From Vicinamibacteria bacterium (GTDB lineage: Bacteria; Acidobacteriota; Vicinamibacteria; Vicinamibacterales; JAENWD01), in the NCBI GenBank assembly GCA_963806705.1, contig CAWDZE010000012.1, positions 515,553 through 579,552 of the forward strand: DNA of 64,000 nucleotides, given 5' to 3'. Shown in pieces: positions 23,890 to 37,195 of the stretch; position 1 is the first letter of the stretch, and each line of letters starts with the position of its first letter. Below the pieces are notes generated by a model, which ran no database searches, was not told where the DNA came from, and saw only the letters and a list, made by a program, of their open reading frames with translations. Made by a program: the position numbers and the translations under genes.

Positions 23890-25568
23890 TCAGAACGCCG
23901 CCGACGTGAAGTCGGGCGCGATGTCGACCGGCACCGCCGCCAGGCGATCGAGCACGCGCTGCACCTCCGGCCGGACGACACCGAGCGTCTCGATCATTTT
24001 CTTGGCCGCCGCGTAATCGCCCGCGGCCTGCAGCGTCATGATCTCGCGCGTCAGCGACTCCACGGCGCCGCGCACCTTGCCGGACGCGATCGCGAACGTG
24101 CCGTCTGGCGCAACGGTCACCGCGCCTTTGTCGAGCAGGAAATTCAACTGGATCGCGATGCCGCGGCCGTGCGCCTCGGTGATCCCGAAGCGGATGGACC
24201 TGAAGGCCGACGCCAGGAAGGTGTCGTACAGCGAGTCGGCGATGGCGGCCGGCAACGCGCCCTTGTCGACGAGGTAGTGCAGCGACCACAAGCCCGAGAT
24301 GTCGGCCTTGGCTTCCTCGATTGCGCTGTAGGTCTCCTTCAGCTCCTGCCGCACCGTCGTCTTGCGCCCGCCGACCTGGATGTCGTGCGGCCCCAGCCCG
24401 TGCATCAGCTCGTGCATCAGGATGTGCGTGAAGAACGCGTCGAAGGACACTTTCCTGCGGTCCGCCGGCGCGAGGGCCACCATCGAGATCGGGTGCAGGA
24501 CCATGCGGAACTTGGCTTCCTGGACGTTCTTCAGCATCACGCGCTTGCTGCCCTTTTCGCGAATGACTCTCTCGTCGTTGGGCAGGTTGAAGGCGGCGGT
24601 CTGCACGCCGCGGTTGCCGTCGCCGGCGGTGAAGACGACGTTCACCACGCGGATGGGCGCCAGGGCCCCCAGCGCCGGGTTGCGCAAGGCCGGGTCGATC
24701 GGCAGATGGTTCTCGATGTCCTGCAGCGCGGCGCTGAACGCCTGCAGCTTGGCCGTCTCGGCGTCGTCACGCAGGGTGATGAACGCCTCGAAGGCCGCCT
24801 TGTAGTTGAACCACTCGTCTTCGTAGACCTCGTACGGGCCGATGGTCGGCTCGATGCTGGCGTCGAGCTCCATCCAGGCGACGTCGGACGCGTAGTAGTC
24901 GTCGCTGAGGAACGCGGCGGCGCGCGTCTCGAGGAAGCGCTTCAGCGTGGGTTGCGTGGTGAGGGCCGCGGCTTCCCGCAACAGGCGAGCCGCCTGGCCG
25001 AGCTCGCCCTGGTACTCGAGGCTGTACGGCACGAGCTGAAACGGCGACGCGCTGCCGGGCGTGGTGCGCCGGATCGTCGTGAAGAAACCGCGCGCCTTCG
25101 CCTGCTCCGGCTCCGGCAACGTCGCCTATCCAGCGCTCGACCTCGGCCTTCGATGCGCCGGCGGGATAGAAGTTGGCCTCTTCTGGCTTTTCCGCCGGCA
25201 CACCTGGCAGAAAGGGCCTGTTGTGATCGAGCCGCGACCACGGGCCCTTGTTGATCAGGAAGTATCGCAGCCTGGCCTGTCCCACCGGCGAGCGGTCGTC
25301 GAGCAGCTCGAACAGCTTGCGCCTCGTTGCCGGCCCATGCCTGGCGGAGGAACAGGGCGTCCATGATGCGGGCGGCCTCCGTCAGCTTGCCCAGCGCCTG
25401 TCGTTCGTTGGCCGGCAGCGACGCGACGTCGGCGCGAATTTCGACGGGCGCAAACCGGGCGCTCATTGCCTCCAGCTGTTTCTCGTCCGGCGGCGCCTGA
25501 TCGGCGGCCAGCAGGACCGTACCGGCGAGGGCGACTCCAACGAGGCTGGCGACGATCGCGAAGGTCAC
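23890..25568 (-). CDS. Secreted M49/dipeptidyl-peptidase III-like zinc peptidase (frameshifts near 25125 and 25320)
   Basis: INKGPWSRLD, ANFYP, TIGPYEVYED, AFNLPNDE, HELMHGLG, EEAKAD; GTG at 25568 follows TACGAT. Confidence 0.85.
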
Positions 25569-25589
25569 AAGTGGATCGTAAGACACTGT

Positions 25590-26144
25590 TCAGTGCACGC
25601 CCGACCCGAGCTGCAGGCTTCCAGGTTCGGCACCGAGACGTCGAATCGCACGCTCCCACATTTCGGGGGCCGGCGTCTGGAACACGATGTCGAGGTCGAT
25701 GTCGCCGGTGAGCCAGGCCGACGCGGCGACCTCTTCGTCGAGCTGGCCTGGACCCCATCCGGCATAGCCGGCGATGAGGCGCGCGCGCGACTGGTCGGGT
25801 GTCTGCAGCACGCCCTCGAGCACACGCGCCGAGGTGGACAGGTAGATGCCGTCACACACGCGGATCGCCTTCTCATCGAGCGAGCTGTCGCTGAGCAGAA
25901 TCCAGCTGCGCTCCGGCTCCACCGGGCCGCCGATCCACACGTCCACTTCCTGCTCGGTGGCCAGATCCGGGTCGGCTTGCGGCACGATGCGCGCGGTCGT
26001 CGTGATGGGGCGATTGAGGACGAGGCCAAACGCGCCGTCGGCATCGTGCTGACAGAGCAGCACGACCGAACGCGTGAAGTTGGGGTCGTCGAGCTGCGGC
26101 ATGGACAGCAGCAGCGACGGCGCCAGGGTCGGCTGGTCGGGCAT
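25590..26144 (-). CDS. YqgE/AlgH family protein
   Basis: MPQLDDPNFTRSVVLLCQH..GAFGLVLNRP, GGPV, GYAGWGPGQLDEE. Confidence 0.92.
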   Translation of the reverse strand: MPDQPTLAPSLLLSMPQLDDPNFTRSVVLLCQHDADGAFGLVLNRPITTTARIVPQADPDLATEQEVDVWIGGPVEPERSWILLSDSSLDEKAIRVCDGIYLSTSARVLEGVLQTPDQSRARLIAGYAGWGPGQLDEEVAASAWLTGDIDLDIVFQTPAPEMWERAIRRLGAEPGSLQLGSGVH

Positions 26145-26163
26145 GGGATCGATAATACCCCCG

Positions 26164-27237
26164 TCAGCGCGCGACAGGGCGGCCGTCCGTCCCAGCGAGC
26201 CGCTCCCGCGCCCACTGCACGCACTCGTCGACGGCAGGATCGGCGAGGCTGGGCCGACGCTCGGAGGGCAGGTCATCGAGTGCGTTCGCTGGAAAATGCC
26301 CCGCGCCGTTGCCGATCGCGATCGCCAGGTTGCGGCGGACGCGCGCGACGCCGGCGCGCGTCATCGGGGTCCCTTCGATCAGCTGTGCCAGCTCGTCGTC
26401 GCCAAGCCGCCACAGGGCGAGCAGATCGGCGCGATCCAACCCGTCGCGCGGCCCCCACTCCGGCGCATCGGACACCGCGGCTCGGCGATTCCAGGGGCAG
26501 ACGTCCTGACAGATATCGCAGCCGTACACGAGGGCGCCCATTGCCGGCCGGAGAGGCGCCGGCGGCGCCTTGCGCAGTTCTATCGTCAAATAGGAGATGC
26601 AGCGCGTGGCGTCGACCGTGCCGGGCGCGACGATGGCGCCGGTAGGACATGCCGACAGGCACGCAGTGCACTCGCCGCACTGGTCGAAACCCGCAGCGTC
26701 GGGTTCAAGCGGCAGGCTCGTGATCAGGCATCCGAGGAACAGCCACGAACCCAGCTCGGGGTTGATGAGGCAGCTGTTCTTGCCGATCCACCCGATGCCG
26801 GCGTGCTGCGCGTAGACGCGCTCCTGGATCGGCCCTGTGTCGACGTACGCCCGCGCCTCAAACGGCACGTCGCTCTCGAGGCGCATCCACTCGGCCAGGG
26901 CGTCGAGCCGTTGCCGGACGATGACGTGGTAGTCGTCGCCCCAGGCATATCGCGAGATGACGGCGCGGCGCGGGTCGCCCGCGTCGACAGCGTGCGGCCG
27001 GTCGGAGTTGTAGACGGTGGCCGTGACGATCACCGACTGCGCCGATGGCTCCGCGGCGCGGACCTCCCGGCGCTTGCGTGCCGATCGCCCGAGGTAGCTC
27101 ATCGTCCCCGAGTACCCGCGGCGCAGCCATTCGTCGAGAAAGGCCAGTTCCGGAAACGGGCCCACGGGGGCTATGCCACAGCGATCAAAGCCGAGAGCTA
27201 GTGCGTGCGATGTGACTGAGTCTTTCGTAATCGTCAA
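26164..27237 (-). CDS. queG: tRNA epoxyqueuosine(34) reductase
   Basis: ISRYAWGDDYH, VDTGP, GWIGKN, CGECTACLSACPT, CISYLTIE, GCDICQDVCPWN. Confidence 0.95.
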   Translation of the reverse strand: MTITKDSVTSHALALGFDRCGIAPVGPFPELAFLDEWLRRGYSGTMSYLGRSARKRREVRAAEPSAQSVIVTATVYNSDRPHAVDAGDPRRAVISRYAWGDDYHVIVRQRLDALAEWMRLESDVPFEARAYVDTGPIQERVYAQHAGIGWIGKNSCLINPELGSWLFLGCLITSLPLEPDAAGFDQCGECTACLSACPTGAIVAPGTVDATRCISYLTIELRKAPPAPLRPAMGALVYGCDICQDVCPWNRRAAVSDAPEWGPRDGLDRADLLALWRLGDDELAQLIEGTPMTRAGVARVRRNLAIAIGNGAGHFPANALDDLPSERRPSLADPAVDECVQWARERLAGTDGRPVAR

Positions 27238-27262
27238 TCTTCAATCTGCAATCGTCAATTGA
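27228..27262 (+). repeat. Heptamer array (CAATCKK family)
   Basis: taatcgtcaatcttcaatctgcaatcgtcaattga. Confidence 0.7.
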
Positions 27263-29944
<2,682 letters not shown>

Positions 29945-29995
29945 CGCCGCTGCTTCGGAAGGAGGTGTACCCTGACGATCATATATTCTCTGCCC

Positions 29996-31213
29996 ATGTC
30001 CGGGCCAGATCTCGACCAGACTCACGCCTCGCTGTTCGTGCTGCGGCTGGGGCACGCGCTCCACAAGTCCGGGTACGACGCGCACAGCCTGGAAGAGATC
30101 CTGCAGAAGGTCTGCGACCGCCTCGACATCGTCGGGCAGTTCTTCACGACGCCGACCGCCATCATGGCGTCATTTGGTCCGCTGGACCACCAGCAGACGC
30201 ACCTGATTCGCGTGCAGCCCGGCGAGCTGAACCTGGGGCGGCTGTCGGCGCTCGACGAGGTCGTGCGGGCCGTACTCGACGGAACCCAGACTCCACAGGA
30301 AGGGTCCGCGCGAATAGACAAGATCCTGACGAAGAAGCCGACGTACCCGTGGTGGCTGCGCGTGTTCGGCTACGCGATCGTGTCGGCGGCCGGCTGCCGC
30401 TTTCTCGGCGGCGCCTACGACGACGTGGTGGTGAGCGCGTTGGTCGGGCTGCTCATCGGGCTGATCGCGCTGGCGTTCAAGCGCTTCACGATCACCTCGC
30501 ACGTCTTCGAGCTGACGGCCTCGTTTGTCGCCTCGGCGGTGGTGTCGTTTGTGGCGACGCAGGGAGTCCATATCTCGATCCCGACCACGACGCTCGCCGG
30601 CATCATCACGCTGCTGCCAGGGTTGACCATCACCGTTGCGATGACAGAGCTGGCGAGCCGGCACCTTTCCTCCGGTACTGCGCGCTTGAGCTCCGCGTTC
30701 ATCGTGTTTGCGACCATGACCTTTGGCGTGGCAATCGGCACGACCGTGGTGACCGAGATCTACGGCGGCCCCGTACGCAGCTTCGCCCCCGAGCGTCTGC
30801 CGCCGTGGACGCAGTTTGCGGCCCTGGCGCTGGCGCCGATCGGCTTCTCGCTGCTGCTGCGCGCGCGCCCGCGCGACATCCCGCTGGTCTGCGGGGCGAG
30901 TTGGCTCGGCTACGGGGGCTTTCAGCTCGGCGCGCAGCACCTGGGCCAGGTCCTGGGCGCGTCGATGGGGACGCTGACTGTGGGGATCGTCAGCAACCTG
31001 TTCGAGCGTTTCAAGTTCGGTCCGGCGTCCGTGCCGCTGGTGCCTGGAGTGCTGCTGCTCGTGCCCGGCAGCATCGGTTACCGAAGCCTGACGCTGCTCT
31101 TGAATCAGAGCGTCGAGCCGGGCCTGGCGGCGGGGATCGCTGCTGTGCTGACGGCTGTCGCGCTGGCCGGCGGACTCATCGTCGCCAACGTGCTGATTCC
31201 GCCGACCAGGTAG
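29996..31213 (+). CDS. ThrE-family threonine/serine exporter
   Basis: N-terminal LGHALH..FFTTPT domain, ~10 TM helices, LLPG / LVPG motifs. Confidence 0.85.
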   Translation: MSGPDLDQTHASLFVLRLGHALHKSGYDAHSLEEILQKVCDRLDIVGQFFTTPTAIMASFGPLDHQQTHLIRVQPGELNLGRLSALDEVVRAVLDGTQTPQEGSARIDKILTKKPTYPWWLRVFGYAIVSAAGCRFLGGAYDDVVVSALVGLLIGLIALAFKRFTITSHVFELTASFVASAVVSFVATQGVHISIPTTTLAGIITLLPGLTITVAMTELASRHLSSGTARLSSAFIVFATMTFGVAIGTTVVTEIYGGPVRSFAPERLPPWTQFAALALAPIGFSLLLRARPRDIPLVCGASWLGYGGFQLGAQHLGQVLGASMGTLTVGIVSNLFERFKFGPASVPLVPGVLLLVPGSIGYRSLTLLLNQSVEPGLAAGIAAVLTAVALAGGLIVANVLIPPTR

Positions 31214-31216
31214 CCG

Positions 31217-32362
31217 CTAGCGCGTGAGCAGCTGGAGGAACCGCAGGCTGCCGGCGCTGGCGTTCCCATTGAACTGGCTGTCGCAGAGCCACCAGCGGGC
31301 GTTGCGGTACACGGCCGCCACCTGGTCGGTCCCTTGGACGGACCCTGTCTTTCCGGTGTCCTTTTCGGTCGAGCTCCATTGCACGGCGGTGTTGGAGCAC
31401 GCGTCGCCGGACCTGTTCCTGAACGAGCACGTCCCGCCAAAATTCACGGTCACACTCGGTGAGCCGACCGAGTAGGACGTGATGGTGTACTCGGCGCGGT
31501 TGTCGATGACGTCCTGAAGCTCGGAGGCCGTCCCGTAGCAGCCGACGAGAAAGTCCTGCATCACCGTCGCCGGTGGCACCGACGACTTGGAGAAGTTCTC
31601 CAGGAAGAGCGTCGCCATGCCGCCCACTTCCTTGATCGAGTCGTGCACCTTGACGGTGAACGTCTTCTCGACGCGATGCTCGAAGGTGATCGGCAGGCCG
31701 CTGCCGTCGGTGGTCTGGAAACGATCGACGACGGTCAGCTTGAGATTCACGACAAACGGCGTCGCGCCTGATGCCGGCGCGCGCCAATTCACGGACGGCC
31801 CCGTGCCGCTGAACGTCCCGTCGGTGCCGGACCATTCGTACACCAGCCGATCGGGCGTCGACTCGGCGTCGGTCGCCGTGCCCGTCACGACGATCTCTTC
31901 GCTCAGGTCCGCGAAGTTTTCGGGCTCGTTCGGTTTCACACCGCGGGCGGTGATGCTCTGGATCACCGGCGGCTCATTGGTGACCTGGCCCGGCGCGATG
32001 TAGGTGAAGGCGGCCGGCAGGGTGCCCGACTTGCCGTCGAGCGTCACGGTGACTTCGACCGTCCCGGCCGATCGGGTCGGCGTCGTGGCCGTGAGCGCGG
32101 TCGACGAGGTGACGATGACGTTGGTCGCGGCCGCGCCGCCCACCGTGACCTGAACGCCGGCGGCGAAGTTCGCGCCCGTGACGGTGATCGCCGTCCCCCC
32201 GAGCGTCGTGCCGCTGTTCGGGCTGACCGAAGTCACGGAGGGAATCGTCGGAATGGGGTCAGGACCAGGTGCGGGGCTGCTGCCGCCACAGGCGACGGCC
32301 AGACCGGCAGCGACAAGCATCGCGGCGAGGGGGAGCCTCAGGCCCGAAAAAAAGCGCATCAA
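31217..32362 (-). CDS. IPT/TIG-domain lipoprotein
   Basis: Lipobox AVAC; SVSPNSG..GGTAITVTGANF..FTY; PKD-like domain; Cys-containing C-terminal domain. Confidence 0.8.
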   Translation of the reverse strand: MMRFFSGLRLPLAAMLVAAGLAVACGGSSPAPGPDPIPTIPSVTSVSPNSGTTLGGTAITVTGANFAAGVQVTVGGAAATNVIVTSSTALTATTPTRSAGTVEVTVTLDGKSGTLPAAFTYIAPGQVTNEPPVIQSITARGVKPNEPENFADLSEEIVVTGTATDAESTPDRLVYEWSGTDGTFSGTGPSVNWRAPASGATPFVVNLKLTVVDRFQTTDGSGLPITFEHRVEKTFTVKVHDSIKEVGGMATLFLENFSKSSVPPATVMQDFLVGCYGTASELQDVIDNRAEYTITSYSVGSPSVTVNFGGTCSFRNRSGDACSNTAVQWSSTEKDTGKTGSVQGTDQVAAVYRNARWWLCDSQFNGNASAGSLRFLQLLTR

Positions 32363-32386
32363 CCCTTCATTCTACCAAGAGCGTCC

Positions 32387-32432
32387 GGTTCCTCAGTTCT
32401 CGGGTTCACAGGTTCACAGGTTCACGGGTTCG
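32387..32432 (+). repeat. Octamer tandem array (GGTTCACR)n
   Basis: ggttcctcagttctcgggttcacaggttcacaggttcacgggttcg. Confidence 0.8.
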
Positions 32433-32461
32433 CGCGCTGGCATCAACTGAGCCGTATTTAC

Positions 32462-32470
32462 TGCTATACT
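32462..32470 (+). promoter_or_regulatory. Extended -10 promoter of the TA operon
   Basis: TGCTATACT, then GGAG before ATG 32487. Confidence 0.55.
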
Positions 32471-32486
32471 GATACCGGAGCACCGG

Positions 32487-32918
32487 ATGACAGCTGTCGA
32501 ACGGGTGGTTGACGTGCTGGGTGGGCAGGCCGTGCTGAAGCGGCCGGTGCGCACGTGGCGCGAGCTCGAAGACGCCGTCAACGACGGCCTGCCGAAGCGC
32601 GCGCTGCAGGTAGTGGCGGGACGGGCGTTGCCGGAGGGCGCATCTGCCGGCGCGCTGGTGTATCGCGTCGTGCCCATCGCGACCTTCAAGCGCCGCACCC
32701 GGCTGACGCCGGAAGAGAGCGCCCGCACCGAACGCCTCGCCCGCATCGTCGCGCTCGCCGAGGGCATCTGGGAGGAGCGCGACGACGCGCGCGGGTTCCT
32801 CAACCGGCAGCATCCGCTGCTCGACGACCGCACGCCGCTTGACGTCGCCGCCACGGAACTCGGGGCGCGGCGCGTCGAGCAGCTCCTCCACGATGCCGAC
32901 CACGGCCTCCCGCTCTGA
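32487..32918 (+). CDS. Xre/MbcA/ParS family antitoxin
   Basis: GLP..ATFKRR.RLTPEESAR; C-terminal FLNRQHPLLDDRTPLD..ELGARRVEQLL..HG. Confidence 0.9.
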   Translation: MTAVERVVDVLGGQAVLKRPVRTWRELEDAVNDGLPKRALQVVAGRALPEGASAGALVYRVVPIATFKRRTRLTPEESARTERLARIVALAEGIWEERDDARGFLNRQHPLLDDRTPLDVAATELGARRVEQLLHDADHGLPL

Positions 32919-33381
32919 CGCGGCCCTTCGCGCGTACCGCATCGGGTCTCGACGCCATCGCCTCTTCGACGGCACAGGCGCGGCTGGCAGCGACGCGGCG
33001 CGGTGGAACTCGAGGGGCCGGCAGGTCATCTACGCCTCGGAGCACTACGCCACCGCAGTGCTCGAGAAACTCGCGCAACTCAACTCGGTGAAGCTGCCGG
33101 CGTCGCTCGCCTACATCGAGATTGTCGTGCCGGCTGGCGTGGCGATCGAACGGGTGGACGTGTCCACGGTCAAACGCTGGGACGCCGAAGACAAAGCCGA
33201 AAGCCAGGCCTTCGGCGATCGGTGGTACGACCAGCAACGGACGGCCGTGCTGCTGATGCCATCGCTGGCGGCCCCGGGACTGGAGTGGAACGTAGCAATC
33301 AATCAGCAGCACCCCGACTTCACGCGTCTCACCGCGAGCACGCTACGTCCGGTCGTCGGTCATCCGCGCCTGCTCGCTTGA
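32893..33381 (+). CDS. RES domain toxin (NAD+-consuming family)
   Basis: AYRI..FDGTGA..ARWNSRG..IYASE..AVLE..PS..NVAIN; overlaps the antitoxin; start uncertain. Confidence 0.9.
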   Translation: MPTTASRSDAALRAYRIGSRRHRLFDGTGAAGSDAARWNSRGRQVIYASEHYATAVLEKLAQLNSVKLPASLAYIEIVVPAGVAIERVDVSTVKRWDAEDKAESQAFGDRWYDQQRTAVLLMPSLAAPGLEWNVAINQQHPDFTRLTASTLRPVVGHPRLLA

Positions 33382-33384
33382 TGC

Positions 33385-33574
33385 AGCCTCAGAGCCGCAG
33401 AGAATGCTTGCCACAGAGGCACAGAGCCCACAGAGTTTTCTTGGGAAGGCCGATCACGCCCTGGTTCCGTCCCGGGCATACCACCAGAACCCGGCGATCT
33501 GGGACCAAGACAGATCCAAGCAAGTCTCCGCGATCTCTGCGTCTCGGTGGCTGATTCTCTGTGGCTCTGTGGCT
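33385..33574. repeat. Inverted ~9-nt-unit element (CACAGAG/CTCTGTG family)
   Basis: gccacagaggcacagagcccacagag ... ctctgcgtctcggtggctgattctctgtggctctgtggc. Confidence 0.8.
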
Positions 33575-34758
33575 AGACAGCATCACCAGCGGCGGCGGCA
33601 GAGGCCCACGCCCACTGGAAGTTGAAGCCGCCCAGGTGGCCTGTGACGTCCACGACTTCCCCTATGAAATACAAGCCAGCGGCGTCGCGGGCCTCCATGG
33701 TCTTTGACGACAGCGCGCGAGTGTCCACGCCGCCGGCGGTCACCTCGGCTTTCGCGTAGCCCTCGGTGCCCGACGGCATCACGGACCAGCGGTGCAGCTG
33801 GTCAGCGATACTCGTCAGCCGCTCGGTGCTCGTCGTCGCGAGCGGCCCGCCGGGATCATCCGCGAACCATCGGTCGGCGAGCCTGTTGGGCAGGTGCCGC
33901 GCGACGACGGATTTCGGCGACAGTGTCTCGCCCGCGCCGCGGCGCGCAACCAACTCCGCGAGGATGTCGACCTCCGGCAACAGGTCGATGTCCACCGCGT
34001 CGGTGTCGCGCCAGGTACGAGGAGGCTTGCAGGATGGCAGGCCCGCTCAGGCCCCGGTGGGTGAAGAGCAACTGCTCGCGAAATGACGCGCCGGAGGCAG
34101 ATGCGACGCAGTCGGCCGCGACTCCCGCCAGGTCGCTCCATCGGACGCGGTCGGACTCCTCGAAGAGCAGCGGCACCAGCGCCGGGCGCGTCGGCACCAG
34201 CGCCACACCAAATTGCGTCGCGATGCGGTAGCCAAGGTCGGTGGCGCCAATCTTTGGAATGGAGAGCCCGCCGGTAGCCACCACGAGCGACGGTGCCTCG
34301 AAGCGTCCGCGAGAGGTCTCCACCACAAATGATGCAGGGCTGAAGCCCTGCCCCACAAGCGTCACCTCGCAGCCCACATCGATCTGCACGCCGGCCTGGC
34401 GGCATTCAGTCAGCAGCAAGTCGACGATCTGCCGCGCCGAGCCATCGCAGAACAACTGCCCGAGCGTCTTCTCGTGCCAGGCCACGCCGTGGCGCTCGAC
34501 CAGCGCGATGAAGTCGGCGGGAGTGTAGCGCGCCAGCGCCGAGCGCGCGAAGTGCGGGTTGGCCGAGTGGAAGTGCTCGGGCCGGCAGTGAATGTTGGTG
34601 AAGTTGCAGCGGCCGCCGCCCGAGATGAGGATCTTGCGCCCGACTTCACGGTTGCGCTCGAGCACGACGACCCGGCGGCCCCGCTGACCTGCCCGCGCAG
34701 CACAGAACAGACCGGCGGCGCCGGCGCCGAGAACGATCAGGTCGAAGGAGTCACCCAA
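33573..34758 (-). CDS. BaiN/HI0933/YhiN family NAD(P)/FAD oxidoreductase (frameshift near 34010)
   Basis: GAGAAG, KILISGGGRCNFTN, ATGGLSIP, LFTHRGLSGP, AEVTAGGV, GEVVDVTGHLGGFNFQWAW. Confidence 0.92.
34334..34356 (-). repeat. REP-like hairpin in frame within the oxidoreductase gene
   Basis: GTGGG-GCAGGGC-TTCA-GCCCTGC, encoding VGQGFSPA. Confidence 0.55.
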
Positions 34759-34761
34759 TCA

Positions 34762-34826
34762 TCAATCTGCGAGATTTCGCAATCTGCAATCTGCAATCTG
34801 CAATCTGCAATCTGCAATCGTCAATT
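34762..34826 (+). repeat. Heptamer tandem array (GCAATCT)n
   Basis: gcaatctgcaatctgcaatctgcaatctgcaatctgcaatcgtcaatt. Confidence 0.9.
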
Positions 34827-35735
34827 CTTTGGTGAACCCGTGAACCCCAGCTTCGGCAGCAGCTCGTCGAGCACGCGGATCATCTCGCTGATCTTGCGCG
34901 GCACGCGGTTGGCCTTCAGATAGACCCATCCAGTCTCGCGCACCAGCCACGGGCTGTTGATGCGATGCGAAACCAGCGTCCCGGCCTTCACCTCGGCCGT
35001 GATCGCGTGATTCGAGATGATGGTCGCGCCGATGCCGCTGCTCGCCATCGCCTTGATGATCTCGACGTTCTCGGTCTCCATGACGATGCGCGGCGAGACC
35101 TGCTCGCGGACGAAGAACTCGTCGATCACCCGGCGCGTGTTGCTTCCTGGTTCGTACAGGATGAACGGCAGCTTGTTCAGATCGGAGGTCTCGATCTTCT
35201 TCTTCTGCGTCAACGGGTGCCCCGGGTAGGTCACCAGCATCAGGTCCTCGCGCATCACCGGCTGGGTGATGAGATCCGGCTCGGTCACCGGCAGTGTCAG
35301 CAGACCCAGATCCACCGTGCCCGCGCGCAGACGCCGGACGAGACGATCGGCCGGCCCGGTCATGACCTTGACGTCCACCTCCGGGTGCAGGCGCTGGAAT
35401 TCCTTCAACAGCGCCGGGAAGACATAAATAGAGACGGTCATCCCGCCGACCAGCCGAATCGTGCCGCTCAGCTTCTGCTGCGTCTCGCTGAGTCGTTCGG
35501 TGGTCTCGCGGATGTCGTCGAAGACGCGGATCGCCAGCTGGAGCAGCGCCTCGCCGGCCGGCGTGATCTTGACCTTCCGCTTGATTCGCCAGAACAGCGG
35601 CTCGTTGAGCTCGGCCTCGAGCAGCAGAATCTGGCGCGAAATCGCCGATTGCGAGACGTGAAGGCGGCGGCCGGCCCCGGTAAACGACCCGGTTTCGGCC
35701 ACTGCCTTGAGAATCTCAAGCTGTCGCAGATCCAT
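34821..35735 (-). CDS. LysR family transcriptional regulator (CysL/CmpR-like)
   Basis: MDLRQL..GSFTGAGRRLHVSQSAISRQI..LE; PBP2 domain with PFILYEPGSNTR. Confidence 0.95.
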   Translation of the reverse strand: MDLRQLEILKAVAETGSFTGAGRRLHVSQSAISRQILLLEAELNEPLFWRIKRKVKITPAGEALLQLAIRVFDDIRETTERLSETQQKLSGTIRLVGGMTVSIYVFPALLKEFQRLHPEVDVKVMTGPADRLVRRLRAGTVDLGLLTLPVTEPDLITQPVMREDLMLVTYPGHPLTQKKKIETSDLNKLPFILYEPGSNTRRVIDEFFVREQVSPRIVMETENVEIIKAMASSGIGATIISNHAITAEVKAGTLVSHRINSPWLVRETGWVYLKANRVPRKISEMIRVLDELLPKLGFTGSPKN

Positions 35736-35739
35736 AAGG

Positions 35740-37192
35740 CTATGACGCGCTGGACGCGCTGGTCATAAGCGTAGCAGGGGTTGGCGAAGCCTGGTGAAAG
35801 AATTCTGCATGAAGCTGGCTCAGGGCCGCCGGCAGGTCGTCCTGGTCCAGCACCAGGGTCACGTTCCGCCGCGCGTCGGCCTGGGAGACCAGCCGCAGGG
35901 GCAGGCCGTGCAGGGCCTTCACGACACGGGAAAACGCCGTCGGGTCGGCCCCGTACCGGTCGCCGACCACCGCCACCAGCGCCAGGTGATTCGACACGCT
36001 CACCTCCGCAAACGTCGACAGCGCCGCGACGATGCTCTCGAGATGCGTCCGGTCGTCGATGGTCACCGACACGCTCACCTCGGAGGTCGACACGACGTCC
36101 ACCGGCGTGCGATACCGCTCGAACACTTCGAAGAGGCGCCGCAGGTAGCCATACGCCATCAGCATGCCGGTCGACGTGATCGTCACCACGGTGATGCCCT
36201 TCTTACAGGCGAGTGCGGTGACGGTGGACGGCTCGGGCGAAGCGCCGTCGGCGATCAGGGTGCCGGGCGCGTGCGGCTTGAAGGTATTCAGGATCCTCAC
36301 GGGGATGTTGCGCGCAGCCGCCGGCTGGATGGTCTTCGGGTGCAGCACCTTCGCGCCGAAGTACGCCAGCTCCGCTGCCTCGGCAAACGACAGGTACGGC
36401 ACGAGGCGTGGCGATTCGACGATGCGGGGATCGGCGGTGAGCATGCCGTCGACGTCGGTCCAGATCTGCACCTCGTCGGCGCCGATCGCCGCGCCGAGCA
36501 GCGACGCGGAGTAATCCGACCCGCCACGCCCCAGCGTCGTCGTGATGCCGAAGCGCGTGGCGCCCACGAAGCCGCCGGTCACGATCACACGGCCGTTGTC
36601 GAGCGCGGGGCGCAGGTTGGCCTCGGTCTGCTCCACGGTCTCGTCAAAGAGCGGCGCTGCCTGGGTGAAGCCTTCGTCGGTGACGATGAGCGCGCGCGGG
36701 TCGGCCCACGTGGCGGGGATGCCCGCCGAGACCAGCGCCGCCGTGACGAGCCGGCTGCTGGCCAGTTCGCCGATGGCGGCTATCGCGTCAAGCGATCGCG
36801 GCGAGGCCTCGTGGAGAACGGCAACGGCGCCGGCGATGGCTCGCAGCTGCGAGAAGAGCGCGTCGACGGCTTCGGGCACTGGCCCGCCATGCTCGCCGGG
36901 AGCGAGCGAGGCGAGCGTTTCCAGGTGTCGCGCGTAGAGCTGGTCGACCAGCGCCAGCGCGTGTTTGGCGTCGCCGCGCCGGGCAAGGGCGGCGACCTCC
37001 AGCAGCTTGTCCGTCACACCACCGAGCGCCGATACCACTACTACGGGTCCCGCGAGGGGGCCCCCGCGGCGCGTTTGCTGCGCCGTGGGGTGAGGTGGCC
37101 TTCGTCCGGCGCTCCGATGCGACGATGGCCACCACTCGTCGGACAGCGTCGGCATCAGCGACCGACGTGCCCCCGAACTTGAGTACTCGCAT
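35740..37192 (-). CDS. lysC: Aspartate kinase (AKIII-like) with N-terminal insertion and frameshift
   Basis: MRVLKFGGTSV; VVVVSALGGVTD, TTLGRGGSDYSA, WTDVDG, GAKVLHP, ACT domain STSEVSVS. Confidence 0.93.
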
Positions 37193-37195
37193 GGC

